The notes: generated by a model from the letters alone, not told the origin. DNA of 64,000 nucleotides from an uncultured Actinomycetota bacterium (GCA_963751085.1 CAVVTH010000004.1:81551-145550); one strand, 5' to 3'; positions 12,011 through 23,861 are shown, counted from the first letter of the stretch. A program made the numbers and translations.

Positions 12011-12764
12011 ATGACCGGTGCCGACCCGACCGTCGTCGTCCACCCCTCGAAGCAGAGCGTGTCCGACGCGGCGGCCGCCCGGTTCGTGGCGACGGTGCTC
12101 GACGCGCAGGCCGTCCGCGGCGTGGCTCAGGTGGCGCTCACCGGAGGGTCGATGGGCTCAGCGATCTTCGCGTCGCTGCTCGAGACACCGGGACGCAGCG
12201 CCGTGGACTGGTCGAACGTCTACGTGTGGTGGGGTGACGAGCGCTACCTGCCAGCGGGCGACGGGGACCGGAACGACACCCAGAACGACGACGCCGGGCT
12301 GTCCCAGCTCGGGCTGGACGGCGGGAAGGTCTTCCGGGTCGAGGGGCCGGACGCCAGCGCGAGCGCGGAGGCGAGCGCCGCGGCATACGGGGAGACGATC
12401 CGCGAGTTCGGGCGGGGCGAGTTCGACGTGGTCCTGCTCGGAGTGGGGCCGGACGGACACGTGGCCTCGCTGTTTCCGCACCACCCGGCCCAGCGGATCA
12501 CCGACGAGGTGGCGGTGGCGGTGCACGACTCGCCGAAGCCGCCGCCCGGACCGGGTGTCGCTGACGTTCGACTGCCTCAACCGGTCGCGGGAGGTCTGGT
12601 TCCTCGTGGCCGGTTCCGACAAGGCCGACGCCGTCGCAGCGGCCCTCGCGCCAGGCGCGGACCGGTGGGACGTGCCGGCCAGCGGCGTCCGCGGGTCGGT
12701 GGCGACGCGCTGGCTGCTCGACCCGGACGCGGCGGCGAACCTCGACGGTGGGTCCGGGTCTTAG
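12011..12764 (+). CDS. pgl: 6-phosphogluconolactonase, frameshift near 12545
   Basis: [36 protein letters not shown], then [16 protein letters not shown] in the shifted frame. Confidence 0.93.
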
Positions 12765-12801
12765 CGGTCCGAATTCCGACCGCTCGTGCCCGGTCAGGCG
12801 A
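12764..12801. repeat. 38-bp imperfect direct repeat with palindromic core, left copy
   Basis: GCGGTCCGAATTCCGACCGCTCGTGCCCGGTCAGGCGA, 30/38 identical to 13807-13844. Confidence 0.75.
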
Positions 12802-13731
12802 CCTCGGCCAGCTGCAGCGCTCGCGCGACCTGGTCGAGGAAGGCGTCCTCGGCCAGCCTGAGCCCGAGGAGGCTGATACGCAGGACGATGTCGCGGGTGC
12901 AGGGCCACCTCGTTCTGGCGCAGGTGGTCGGAGATCAGGGTCAACCCCTCGCCGTGATGGGCAGGTGATGGGGCCGTCGATCTCGACGACGACGCGTGAG
13001 CGCCTCCACCGGACGTCGAGGTAGACCCGGCCCCGAGGAGTGCGACGGACCACCTGTCGGTCGGGCTCGGGGAGACCGCGGCAGCGGCACATCCGGGCGA
13101 AGTCCAGCTCGCCGAGTGACGTTGCTCCGTCGGTGATGTCCCGTACCAGCTGGGGTACGAGCGCTCGTCGGCGTCGACCGGACCACATCGAGCTGGCGGC
13201 CAGAAGCTGCGGGCCCGAGACAATGCCTTGTTGGATCGGAAGGACAAGGACCAGGGCCGCCTGACGGTCCGAGACCGCCCAGTGCGCCGCTCGGACGGCG
13301 GCGAGCGCGGGGCGGACCCGTGGGACGCCCCGGTCGGTCACCAGCTCGCGGTCAAGCCGGACCACGCGGTGGATCCGCACCCCCGACGTCCGCTTCGGGC
13401 TGTAGGCGTCCGGCACCGACACGTGCACGGTGGGCTCGTCATAGCCGGTGACGCCGGCGGCCAGAAGGGCGCTGACCCCGTCGAGAGCCGCCCCTCCGCA
13501 GCCGGTCTCCCAGACCGCGCGCCACCACTGAGCCGGCGCCTCGAGAGGTCGCGTATGCAGCGCGACGGTCTGCGCACCGTGAATGGCCCAACGGTCGCCG
13601 GCAACCTCGCGGGCGATGACATGACGGTCGGCGCCGAGGCCTCGCAACGCCGTTCGCGACAGCACCCCGCCGCAGCGCTCTGCCTCACGAGCGATGGCTC
13701 GCCGGCGCAATGACGACTGGGACGGCTCCAC
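12794..13731 (-). CDS. AbiEi-like N-terminal domain plus DUF559/Vsr-like PD-(D/E)xK nuclease domain protein, indels near the 3' end
   Basis: GGVLSR..L, AALDGVSAL, VHVSVP, SLGELDF, GLPEPDRQ, YLDVRW..VVVEIDG. The frame-corrected end FLDQVARALQLAEVA* stops at 12794. Confidence 0.7.
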
Positions 13732-13782
13732 CAACAGAGCATGTCGCCCAAAACACCCCTCAACGGCGTCCGTCGAGGCGGC

Positions 13783-13791
13783 TGTGGACAA
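13783..13791 (-). promoter_or_regulatory. DnaA-box match TTGTCCACA
   Basis: Exact high-GC actinobacterial DnaA box, about 50 bp upstream of the DUF559-like gene. Confidence 0.5.
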
Positions 13792-13806
13792 CGGGTCCGG
13801 GCCGGT

Positions 13807-13844
13807 GCGGTCCGAAATCGAACCGCAGGCGCCCGGACCGGCGA
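13807..13844. repeat. 38-bp imperfect direct repeat with palindromic core, right copy
   Basis: GCGGTCCGAAATCGAACCGCAGGCGCCCGGACCGGCGA, 30/38 identical to 12764-12801. Confidence 0.75.
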
Positions 13845-13853
13845 GAGCGGAAC

Positions 13854-14206
13854 CTACTGGATGAGGCCGCGCTGGCGCAGCGACGGCCAGCGCCTCGTCG
13901 AGGATCGCCTTGCCGTCGGCGTCGCGAGCGCCGTTCCTTCACGTAGGCGAGGTGGGTCTTGTAGGGCTCGACCTTGTGCGGGGCCGGCGGGTTCTCGTGG
14001 TCCTGGCCGGCGGGGTACCCGCAGCGCGGGCAGTCCCACGTCTCGGGGAGCACCAGGCCCGGCTCCTCGGCGAAGCTGGGCCGCGTCTCGTGGCCGTTGG
14101 CGCACCAGTACGAGACGAAGATCCGAGGTGCGGTGTCGCCGCGCTCGGCCTCGCCCATCGGGCCGGCGCCGACCCTGCTCCCACGGATGGCGTTACCGCT
14201 GGCCAT
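13854..14206 (-). CDS. rbpA: RNA polymerase-binding protein RbpA family, frameshift near 13925
   Basis: AIRGSRVG, YWCANGH, WDCPRCG, KTHLAYVKERRS, then ILDEAL in the shifted frame. Conserved position next to secG. Confidence 0.8.
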
Positions 14207-14223
14207 GCAGACTCCCTTGTTGG

Positions 14224-14469
14224 TCAGCCGGCGAACCGGGCCAGCAGGCCCAGTCCGAGGATGGTGATGAACCAGATCAGGCCGATGGCGATGGTGAACC
14301 GGTCGAGGTTGCGCTCCGCGATCGTCGAACCACCGAGTGAGCTGGACATCCCGCCACCGAACATGTCGGAGAGGCCGCCGCCCTTCCCCTTGTGCATGAG
14401 GATCAGCAGGATCAGGAAGCAGTTCGCCAGGACCAGCAGGACCTCCAGCCCAATCTTGACGGCGTTCAC
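14224..14469 (-). CDS. secG: Preprotein translocase subunit SecG
   Basis: LILMHKGKGGGLSDMFGGG..AERNLDR, two TM helices. Confidence 0.96.
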   Translation of the reverse strand: MNAVKIGLEVLLVLANCFLILLILMHKGKGGGLSDMFGGGMSSSLGGSTIAERNLDRFTIAIGLIWFITILGLGLLARFAG

Positions 14470-14485
14470 GGGTGAGACGGTCCCA

Positions 14486-14519
14486 TCTGGTTGGTACGAA
14501 GCTCTGGTTGGTACGAAGC
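14486..14519. repeat. 17-bp perfect tandem duplication upstream of secG
   Basis: TCTGGTTGGTACGAAGC at 14486-14502 and 14503-14519. Confidence 0.9.
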
Positions 14520-14614
14520 GTCGGTCGTGCTGGCAACGCCCCCCAGGATAACCCGGGGCGGACGCGATCCCGTCACCCCGCGGCGGTCGGCGGTCAGCTC
14601 ACGGAGCCAGGTGG

Positions 14615-15403
14615 TCACGTAGTCAGGTGGTCCTTGTAGCGGCAGATGGAGCTGAACTCCTCGGGATCGATGGAGGCGCCGCCGACGAGCGCCCCGTCCA
14701 CGTCGTCCTGCGACATCAGCGCGGCGATGTTGCGGGCCTTCACCGAGCCCCCGTAGATGATGCGGGTCTGGCTCGCGACCTCGTCGCTGGAGATGTCGGC
14801 GACGAAGTAACGGATTGCCTTGCACACCTGCTGGGCGTCCTCGGGCGTCGCGACCTCGCCGGTGCCGATCGCCCAGATCGGCTCGTAGGCGATGACGATC
14901 TGCGGCAGCCGCTCACGGGCCACGTCGAAGAGCGCCGCGCGCAGCTGCTCGAGGACGTACGGCACCGCCCGGCCCTCCCGGCGGATTTCGAGGTGCTCGC
15001 CGATGCAGAGGATCGGCGTCAGCCCGTGCTGGAAGGCCGCCAGCACCTTGTTGTTGACGACATGGTCCGACTCGCCGTGGTGCTCCCGCCGCTCGCTGTG
15101 CCCCACCACCGCATACGTGCAGCCGAGCTTGGCGAGGAACCCGCCGGAGATCTCCCCGGTGAACGGCCCGAAGGTATGCGTCGAGAGGTCCTGCGCGCCG
15201 TACCGCAGCCGCATCTTGTCCGCCTCAACCAGCGTCTGCACGGACCGCAGGTCGGTGAACGGCGGCAGCACCGCCACCTCGACCGCGTCGTAGTCGTGCT
15301 TGGCGTCGCGCAGCGTCCAGTCGAGCTTCTGGACGAAGTGGGTGGCCTGGAGATGGTCGAGGTTCATCTTCCAGTTGCCCGCGATCAGGGGGGTGCGCGT
15401 CAT
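14615..15403 (-). CDS. tpiA: Triosephosphate isomerase
   Basis: [38 protein letters not shown]. Confidence 0.98.
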   Translation of the reverse strand: MTRTPLIAGNWKMNLDHLQATHFVQKLDWTLRDAKHDYDAVEVAVLPPFTDLRSVQTLVEADKMRLRYGAQDLSTHTFGPFTGEISGGFLAKLGCTYAVVGHSERREHHGESDHVVNNKVLAAFQHGLTPILCIGEHLEIRREGRAVPYVLEQLRAALFDVARERLPQIVIAYEPIWAIGTGEVATPEDAQQVCKAIRYFVADISSDEVASQTRIIYGGSVKARNIAALMSQDDVDGALVGGASIDPEEFSSICRYKDHLTT

Positions 15404-16641
15404 CCGCGGGGTCCTTCCTCGGGTCCTTCCTGGGCTTCCTCCAGCACCGTCAGGCCCGGCAGCTCCTTGCCCTCCAGGTACTCGAGGCTGGCGCCACCAC
15501 CGGTCGAGATGTGCCCGAACTGGTCGTCCGTGAAGCCCAGCTGCCGCACCGCCGCCGCCGAGTCGCCACCCCCGACGACGGTCAGCGCGCCCTTGGCGGT
15601 GACGTCGACCAGCGCCTCGGCAAGCGCCTTGGTACCCGCGGCGTAGGGAGCCATCTCGAAGGCGCCCATCGGCCCGTTCCAGAAGACGGTATGCGTGTCG
15701 CTCAGCTTCTGCGCGAACAGCTCGGACGACTTCGGGCCGATGTCGACCCCGATCCGGTCGGCCGGGATCGCGTCCGCGGGCACGACCTCGTGGTCGGCAT
15801 CCGGCGAGAACTCGGTGGCCGCGACGATGTCGACCGGCAGCACGATCTCGACGCCCTTGGCGGACGCCTCGTCGAGGTAGCCGCGGACGGTGTCGACCTG
15901 GTCGGCCTCGAGCAGGCTTGTGCCGACCTCGTGGCCTTGGGCCTTGAGGAAGGTGAACACCATCCCGCCGCCGATGAGCAGCCGGTCGGCGGTGCCGAGC
16001 AGGTTGCCGATAACCCCGAGCTTGTCGGATACCTTGGCGCCGCCGAGCACGACCGCATACGGCCGCTCGGGGTTCTCGGTGAGCCGCTTCAACACGTCGA
16101 CCTCGGTCGAGACGAGGCCGCCGGTCGCGTGCGGCAGCAGCCGAGCGACGTCGTAGACCGACGCCTGCTTGCGGTGCACGACGCCGAACCCGTCGGAGAC
16201 GAAGACGTCGGCGAGCGAGGCGAGCGCCTGGGCGAACTCGGCCCGCTCCTCGTCGGTCTTGGCCGTCTCCCCCGGGTTGAACCGGAGGTTCTCCAGGAGG
16301 ACGACGTCGCCCGGACCGGCCGCGGCGACGGTGGCCCGCGCCGACTCCCCCACCGTGTCGGTGGCGAAGGCGACGTCACGGCCGAGAAGCTCGCCCAGCC
16401 GGGCGGCGACAGGTGCCAGCGAGTACCGGTCCTCCGGCACGCCCTTGGGCCGGCCGAGGTGGGCGCAGACCACGACGGTCGCGCCCGCCTCGGCGAGAGC
16501 CTGGATGGTCGGGACGGACGCGCGGATGCGACCGTCGTCGGTGATCGTGGAGCCGTCCAGCGGGACGTTGAGGTCGGACCGGACGAGCACGCGCTGACCG
16601 CGCAGGTCGCCGTCCGCCAGGAGGTCGGCGAGGGTGCGCAC
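15400..16641 (-). CDS. pgk: Phosphoglycerate kinase
   Basis: [48 protein letters not shown]. Confidence 0.98.
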   Translation of the reverse strand: MRTLADLLADGDLRGQRVLVRSDLNVPLDGSTITDDGRIRASVPTIQALAEAGATVVVCAHLGRPKGVPEDRYSLAPVAARLGELLGRDVAFATDTVGESARATVAAAGPGDVVLLENLRFNPGETAKTDEERAEFAQALASLADVFVSDGFGVVHRKQASVYDVARLLPHATGGLVSTEVDVLKRLTENPERPYAVVLGGAKVSDKLGVIGNLLGTADRLLIGGGMVFTFLKAQGHEVGTSLLEADQVDTVRGYLDEASAKGVEIVLPVDIVAATEFSPDADHEVVPADAIPADRIGVDIGPKSSELFAQKLSDTHTVFWNGPMGAFEMAPYAAGTKALAEALVDVTAKGALTVVGGGDSAAAVRQLGFTDDQFGHISTGGGASLEYLEGKELPGLTVLEEAQEGPEEGPRG

Positions 16642-16645
16642 CGAG

Positions 16646-17651
<1,006 letters not shown>

Positions 17652-17741
17652 TGGTATCAAACCTTCCCAGGGTGGATCAGGGTCGCCTAGACCCTAGTCC
17701 AGGGCCCGGTAGCCGGCTCACGCCCGTCCGCGCTACGGGCC

Positions 17742-17875
17742 GGTAACCCTCGGTCGGCTTCGCAGTCCGGAGCGTATGCCTCGCGCAGCAAACCATCCGC
17801 CCTCGCAAGCTCGGGCTTCCCGCCAGACCCGCCATGCTGCGCGAGGCATACGCCCCGGCCCTTCGGCAGGTCACC
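17742..17875. repeat. Long inverted-repeat element (REP/MITE-like or structured RNA) between whiA and the gap promoter
   Basis: CCGGAGCGTATGCCTCGCGCAGCA (17767-17790) pairs 23/24 with TGCTGCGCGAGGCATACGCCCCGG (17835-17858). Inner and outer stems are also present. Confidence 0.75.
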
Positions 17876-17893
17876 AGAGGCGACCCGACCTCC

Positions 17894-18871
17894 TCAGTCG
17901 AGCATGTCGGCGGTGAGGTTGGCCTCGGTGCCGGGGATGCCGAGGTCCTGGGCGCGCTTGTCGGCCATGGCCAGGAGCCGCCGGATCCGGCCGGCTACGG
18001 CGTCCTTGGTCATCGGCGGGCTGGCCAGCTGGCCGAGCTCCTCGAGCGACGCCTCCTTGTGCTTCAGCCGCAGCTGGCCGGCCTCGCCCAGGTGGTCGGG
18101 GATCTCCTCGCCGAGGATCTCCATGGCCCGCTCGACGCGGGACCCGGCGGCCACCGCCGCGCGGGCGGAGCGGCGCAGGTTGGCATCGTCGAAGTTGGCG
18201 AGCCGGTTCGCGGTGGCTCGCACCTCGCGCCGCATCCGGCGCTCCTCCCAGGTAAGGACGGCGTCGTGCGCTCCGAGCCGGGTGAGCATCGCCGCAATCG
18301 CGTCGCCGTCGCGGATGACGACCCGGTCGACGCCGCGGACCTCACGCGCCTTGGCCTGCACGCCGATCCGGCGTGCCGCACCGACCAGGGCGAGCGCCGC
18401 CTCCGGGCCGGGGCAGGTGACCTCGAGGGCCGACGACCGGCCCGGCTCGGTGAGCGAGCCGTGGGCGAGGAACGCCCCACGCCACGCCGCCTCCGAGTCG
18501 CAGGCCGACGCGCTGACGACCTTGGGCGGCAGCCCGCGCACCGGGCGCCCGCGGGAGTCGATGAGACCGGTCTGTCGGGCGAGGGTGGCGCCCTCCTCGA
18601 CGATCCGGACGACGTAGCGGCTGCTCTTGCGCAGCCCGCCCGCGGACATGACGAGGACGTCGGACTTGTGGCCGTAGACCTCGGCGACGGACCGGCGCAG
18701 CCGGCGCGCGGCGTTGGCGGTGTCGAGCTCGGCCTCGACGACGATCTGGCCGCCGACGATGTGAAGCCCTCCGGCGAAGCGAAGGGTCGCGGCCACCTCG
18801 GCCTTGCGGCAACACGGTTTGGTCACCTCGAGCCGTGACAGCTCGTCCTTGACCTTCGCCGTCATCGCCAC
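17894..18871 (-). CDS. whiA: DNA-binding protein WhiA
   Basis: [61 protein letters not shown]. Confidence 0.97.
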   Translation of the reverse strand: MAMTAKVKDELSRLEVTKPCCRKAEVAATLRFAGGLHIVGGQIVVEAELDTANAARRLRRSVAEVYGHKSDVLVMSAGGLRKSSRYVVRIVEEGATLARQTGLIDSRGRPVRGLPPKVVSASACDSEAAWRGAFLAHGSLTEPGRSSALEVTCPGPEAALALVGAARRIGVQAKAREVRGVDRVVIRDGDAIAAMLTRLGAHDAVLTWEERRMRREVRATANRLANFDDANLRRSARAAVAAGSRVERAMEILGEEIPDHLGEAGQLRLKHKEASLEELGQLASPPMTKDAVAGRIRRLLAMADKRAQDLGIPGTEANLTADMLD

Positions 18872-19081
18872 GCCAGCCATCCTGCCACCCTGTCTCCGCC
18901 CGACGAGTCGCCCGACGGTTGCCGTGCTGCCCCTCTGCCCAGGTGGGTGAGGCACCACCACACCCACCTGTCACACGCCCCTCGGATGGCACCGGTAGCA
19001 AGCGTTTTCGGCGTCCCTGAGGTGAAGGTCGCAGAGTAGCCGATCCGTGTCCGGCTCGGTGCGGGGCGTCGGATGGTGGAC

Positions 19082-20068
19082 TCAGGAGATGACGTCGCGA
19101 TAGGCGGCGGCGAGTCGCAGCGGGTCGTGCTGCCCCGGCGCGCCCATAGCCGAGACGGTGGTCACGACCAGCTCCGCGCCGACTAGGTCGACCGCCCGCC
19201 GCAGTCCTTCGGGGTCGTCCACGCAGCTCGGGTCGGCGAGGACGACGTCGAACCGCAGCTCGGGTGCGTGCTTCACCAGGCTGTCGATGTGGTCCTGGGC
19301 CCGGTAGCCCTTGGTCTCACCGGTGTGGACCTCGAGGTTGAGGTTGAGCAGCCGGCGCGCGTTGGTCGACACGATGGCGTCGCGGAGGCGCGGTACGAGG
19401 ACGTGCGGCATCACGGAGGTGAACCACGACCCCGGGCCGAGGAACACCCAGTCGGCGTCGCGGACCGCCTCGACGGTCTCGTCCGGACACCCGGGGTCCG
19501 GCGGCAGCAGGCGTACCCCCTGCACCCGCCCGCGGGTCGACGCGACGAGGTGCTGCCCGCGGACGGTCGTGACGGCGTCGGGGTATGCGGCGTCGTGGCC
19601 GACGATCTCCGCCTCGATCTCGAGCGGGACGCCGGCCATCGGCAGGACCCGTCCCCGGGAGTTGAGCAGGCGCCCGACGAGGTCGAGGCCGTCGACGGTG
19701 TCGCCGAGCAGGTCCCACAGCGACACGATGAGCAGGTTGCCGAGGGCGTGCCCGGCCAGCGGTCCGTCCCCCCGGAACCGGTGCTGGAGGACGTCCCGCC
19801 AGGTGTGACCCCACTCGGTGTCGTCGCACAGGGCGGCGAGCGCCATCCGGAGGTCTCCGGGCGGCAGCACCGCGAACTCGTCGCGCAGCCGCCCGGACGA
19901 CCCGCCGTCGTCGGCCACGGTGACGACGGCGGTGACCCGGTCGGTGAGCAGCTTGAGGGCGGACAGTGACGACGCGAGCCCGTGCCCGCCGCCGAGGGCG
20001 ACGACCTTGGGGTGACGCGCATACCCGCTGGGGGGCTGGAGGCTCACGACCGGCTCACTTCCGCTCAC
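19082..20068 (-). CDS. yvcK: YvcK/CofD-related gluconeogenesis factor (UDP-GlcNAc-binding)
   Basis: ALGGGHGL, TVADDGGSSGRLR, PPGDLR, GHALGNL, GPGSWFTS. Lies in rapZ-yvcK-whiA order. Confidence 0.93.
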   Translation of the reverse strand: MSGSEPVVSLQPPSGYARHPKVVALGGGHGLASSLSALKLLTDRVTAVVTVADDGGSSGRLRDEFAVLPPGDLRMALAALCDDTEWGHTWRDVLQHRFRGDGPLAGHALGNLLIVSLWDLLGDTVDGLDLVGRLLNSRGRVLPMAGVPLEIEAEIVGHDAAYPDAVTTVRGQHLVASTRGRVQGVRLLPPDPGCPDETVEAVRDADWVFLGPGSWFTSVMPHVLVPRLRDAIVSTNARRLLNLNLEVHTGETKGYRAQDHIDSLVKHAPELRFDVVLADPSCVDDPEGLRRAVDLVGAELVVTTVSAMGAPGQHDPLRLAAAYRDVIS

Positions 20069-20994
20069 TCCCGCCCGAGGTCGCGGTGGACGAGGAAGGT
20101 GTCGACGGCGTCGCTGCGGAGCCGGCGCGCCAGCTCCTCGGCGATCGCGACCGACCGGTGCTTGCCGCCGGTGCAGCCCAGCGCCAGGGTCACGTAGCGG
20201 CGGCCCTCCCGGATGAAGCCTTTGACCACCGAGTCCATCAGGTGGCCGACGTCCTCGACGAACTCCTTGGCGCCGGGCTGCGAGAGCACGAACTCCGCGA
20301 CCGGCTCGTCCCGGCCGGTGAGCGGCCGCAGCTCGGGCACCCAGAACGGGTTGGGCAGGAAGCGCAGGTCGTGGACGAAGTCGGCGTCGAGCGGGACGCC
20401 GTACTTGAACCCGAACGACATCACCGCGAGGCGGAGCTGGGCGGCACCGTCGCCGGCGAACAGCGACATCGCCTTGGCCGCCAGCTGGTGGACGTTGAGG
20501 CCGGAGGTGTCGAGGATGACGTCGGCCTCGGACCGCAGCTCGCCGAGCAGCGCTCGCTCGCGCTGGATCCCGTCGAGCAGCCGGCCGGAGGACTGCAGCG
20601 GGTGGGGGCGGCGGACGCTCTCGAACCGGCGGACCAGCGCCTCGTCGGTGGCGTCGAGGAAGACGACCGAGGGCCGGTGGCCGGTGCGCCCCAGCTCGGC
20701 GACGATGTGGCCGAAGTCCGCGAAGACCCCGTGGCTGCGGACGTCGACGACCGCGGCCACGCGGTGGATCATCGGCTCCGGCGTCCGGGCGAGGTACTCC
20801 TCGTGGAGCTCCAGCAGCTGCGGGAGCATCTGCGGCGGCAGGTTGTCGACGACGTACCAGCCGAGGTCCTCCAGGACGTTGGCCATCGTCGACCGGCCGG
20901 CCCCGCTCATCCCGGTGAGGACGAGCATCGGCTCGTCGCGGCTCGGGGCGGTCCGGCTGCTGCGGAGCGGTCGCGGAGCGGGTTCGTCACTCAT
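20065..20994 (-). CDS. rapZ: RNase adapter RapZ (YvcJ)
   Basis: TGMSGAGRST, VVDNLPP, RRPHPL, SFGFKYG, RFLPNP, GCTGGKHRSV. Confidence 0.96.
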   Translation of the reverse strand: MSDEPAPRPLRSSRTAPSRDEPMLVLTGMSGAGRSTMANVLEDLGWYVVDNLPPQMLPQLLELHEEYLARTPEPMIHRVAAVVDVRSHGVFADFGHIVAELGRTGHRPSVVFLDATDEALVRRFESVRRPHPLQSSGRLLDGIQRERALLGELRSEADVILDTSGLNVHQLAAKAMSLFAGDGAAQLRLAVMSFGFKYGVPLDADFVHDLRFLPNPFWVPELRPLTGRDEPVAEFVLSQPGAKEFVEDVGHLMDSVVKGFIREGRRYVTLALGCTGGKHRSVAIAEELARRLRSDAVDTFLVHRDLGRE

Positions 20995-21008
20995 CCGGTC
21001 GCCTCCGC

Positions 21009-23049
21009 TCAGTCCAGCACCTCGCCAGTCGTCACGTTAACGGCCGGGACGGTCTGGGACGAGGCGCCCTCGGCGGCGAGCCGCGTTGCGATCGTCTCGG
21101 CCAGCACCGGACCGATGCCTTGGACGACGGCGATCTCCTCGGCCGACGCCGCCCGCAGCCGCTTGACCGACCCGAACTGGCGCAGCAGCGCCCTGCGGCG
21201 CACGTCGCCGAGACCGGGGATGCCGTCGAGGGCCGACGTGGTCATGGCCTTGGACCGTCGCTGCCGGTGGAAGGTGATGGCGAACCGGTGCGCCTCGTCG
21301 CGAACCCGCTGGAGCAGGTAGAGGCCCTCGCTGGTCCGCGGCAGGATCAGCGGGAAGTCCTGGCCGGGGACCCAGACCTCCTCGAGCCGCTTGGCTAGCC
21401 CGACCAGCGACACGTCCTCGATGCCGAGCTCCTCGAGGACGCGTTGTGCCGCGTTGACCTGCGGCAGGCCACCGTCGACGACGACGAGGTTGGGCGGGTA
21501 GGCGAACTTGCGCGGCCGGCCGGTGACCTCGTCGATGGGGCCGTGGACGCGCGGCATACCGTCCCCGTCGTCGTCGTCCTCGACGGCTGGACCCATATCG
21601 ATCTCCGCCGAGTGCTCGCGCTCGTCGAGGTAGCGCTGGAACCGGCGGGTCAGCACCTCGTGCATCGCCGCGGTGTCGTCGACGGTCTGCGTGCCGTCCT
21701 CGGCGGTATGCGCGTAGTCGCCGCGGACGACGAACCGGCGGTACTCGGACTTGCGCGCCAGGCCGTCCTCGAAGACCACCATCGACGCCACCACGTTGGT
21801 GCCCTGGACGTGGCTGACGTCGTAGCACTCGATCCGCAGCGGGGCATCCGCCAGCTCGAGGGCGTCCTGGAGCTCCTGCAGCGCCTGGCTGCGGGCGGTG
21901 AGATCGCCGGCGCGGGCCACCTTGTGCCGGGCGAGGGACTGCTCGGCGTTGCGGCGGACCGTGTCCATGAGCGACGCGCTTGTCGCCGCGCTGCGGGACC
22001 CGGAGGTCGACCTGGAAGCCGCGCAGCGTCGTGAGCCACGCGGCGAGCGCGTCGGCCTCGGCCGGGACCACCGGCACCAGGACCTCGCGCGGCACCTGGT
22101 CGGGGCTGTCCTGCGCCTGGTCGCCGTAGACCTGCTGCAGCAGGTGGCCCATCAGCTCGGGGACGTCCTCGCTCTCCTTCTCGACGACCCAGCCGCGCTG
22201 GCCGCGGATCCGGCCGCCGCGGACGAAGAACACCTGCACCGCGGCCTCCAGCTCGTCGTCGGCGAGGGCGAAGACGTCGGCGTCGGTGCGGTCGGCGAGG
22301 ACCACGGCGTTCTTCTCCAGCGCCTTGTGCAGGGCCGCGAGGTCGTCGCGCAGCCGGGCGGCCAGCTCGTACTCCTGGGCGTCGGAGGCTGCCCGCATCT
22401 GCCGCTCGACCCGCTTGGTGAACTTCGTGGTGTTGCCGGCCATGAAGTCGCAGAAGTCCTCGGCGATCTGCCGGTGCTCCTCGGGGCTGACCCGACCGAC
22501 GCACGGCGCCGAGCACTTGTCGATGTAGCCGAGCAGGCACGGCCGGCCGCTCTGATGGGCTCGCTTGAAGACGCCGGTGCTGCAGGTGCGCATGGGAAAG
22601 ACACGGAGCAGCAGGTCGAGGGTCTCGCGGATGGCCCAGGCGTGGCTGAAGGGGCCGAAGTACCTCGTTCCCTTCCTTTTGGCGCCGCGCATCACCTGAG
22701 CGCGGGGGAACTCCTCCCCGAGCGTGACGGCGAGGAACGGGTAGGACTTGTCGTCGCGGTACTTGACGTTGAACCGCGGGTCGAACTCCTTGATCCAGCT
22801 GTACTCCAGCTGCAGCGCCTCGACCTCGGTCGCGACGACCGTCCACTCGACGCTGGCGCCGGTGCGCACCATGGTGGCGGTGCGCGGGTGCAGGGCGTGG
22901 ATGTCCTGGAAGTAGGAGGACAGCCGCGGCCGCAGCGACTTGGCCTTGCCGACGTAGATGACCCGGCCGTCCTTGTCCCGGAACCGGTAGACGCCCGGGT
23001 CGACCGGGATCTCTCCCGGCTTGGGGCGGTAGGACGCGGGATCGGCCAC
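21009..23049 (-). CDS. uvrC: Excinuclease ABC subunit C, frameshift near 21975
   Basis: [51 protein letters not shown] and HhH motifs. Confidence 0.96.
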
Positions 23050-23055
23050 GGTTTC

Positions 23056-23077
23056 ACTCTAAGAGCTGGGTCGGACT
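23056..23077 (-). promoter_or_regulatory. Degenerate PafBC/RecA-NDp-like promoter of uvrC (leaderless)
   Basis: AGTCCG-N10-TAGAGT, then 6 nt to GTG. Confidence 0.45.
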
Positions 23078-23149
23078 CCCGTTCGAGCAGCCAGCCGGTA
23101 TGCGACGCCGCCTATCGCCGCCGCTCACCGCCGGCCACCCCAGCCCGCG

Positions 23150-23240
23150 GCCGCAACGACTGACTGTGGCGTCGGTGGTTGCGACCGTCGGCGCCGACCC
23201 GCCGCGACAGCTGACCGTGATGGCAGTTGTTGCGGCGGGT
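23150..23240. repeat. Two tandem related hairpins (REP-like pair or terminator)
   Basis: GCCGCAACGACTGAC..GTCGGTGGTTGCGAC and ACCCGCCGCGACAGCTG..CAGTTGTTGCGGCGGGT. Confidence 0.6.
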
Positions 23241-23269
23241 GCGGCCGGCTCGACCGGATCGGTCGGCGA

Positions 23270-23861
23270 TCAGGCCACGTAGACGGAGTCGCCGTCGACG
23301 GTGGCCGTCTTGGCCGGGAGCGGCTTCTTGGCCTCGCTCGAGGCGGTCGGTGTGCCGGTCGTGATGTCGAACTGGCTGCCGTGGCAGGGGCAGACGATAT
23401 GCCCGTTCTGCACCCTCGTCACCGCACAGCCCTGGTGGGTGCAGATGGCGCTGAACGCCTTGAACTCGCCGGCCGACGGCTGCGTCACGACGAAGAGCGC
23501 CGCCGGGTCGATCAACCCGCCCCCGACCGGCACGGTGGAGGTCTTGACCGGCGTCCCGCTGGGGGCACCGGAACCCCCCGACGACGACGCGCTCGACGAG
23601 CCAGCCGAGCCGGCCGCGGACGAGGTGCTGGGCGCGGCGCCGGTGCTCGGCGGGGTCGTGGACCCCCCGCACGCCGCGAGGGCCGTGGCTCCGGCCACAC
23701 CGGCGCCACCGACGCCGGCGACCCGCAGCACGGTTCGCCGGTTCACCTCGGCGGGTGGCTCGACCGGGCCGACCGGGCCGACCGGGCCGACCGGGTCAAC
23801 CGGGTCAACCGGGCCGACGGGCCGGCGGGCCGGTCGACGCGTCCTGTGGCTGATCTGACAT
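23270..23861 (-). CDS. Rieske 2Fe-2S Tat lipoprotein, probable indel near the 5' end
   Basis: NRRTVL Tat motif, LAAC lipobox, CTHQGC and CPCHGSQF. The ATG at 23861 has an RBS but is out of frame. Confidence 0.85.
23761..23823. repeat. 9-bp tandem repeat (about 7 copies) encoding PVG/PVD
   Basis: Units ACCGGGCCG and ACCGGGTCA. Confidence 0.85.

Noticed and set aside
18995-19010. LacI-like operator GCAAGCGTTTTC between yvcK and whiA
   Set aside because: Imperfect single match with no LacI regulator or sugar gene adjacent.
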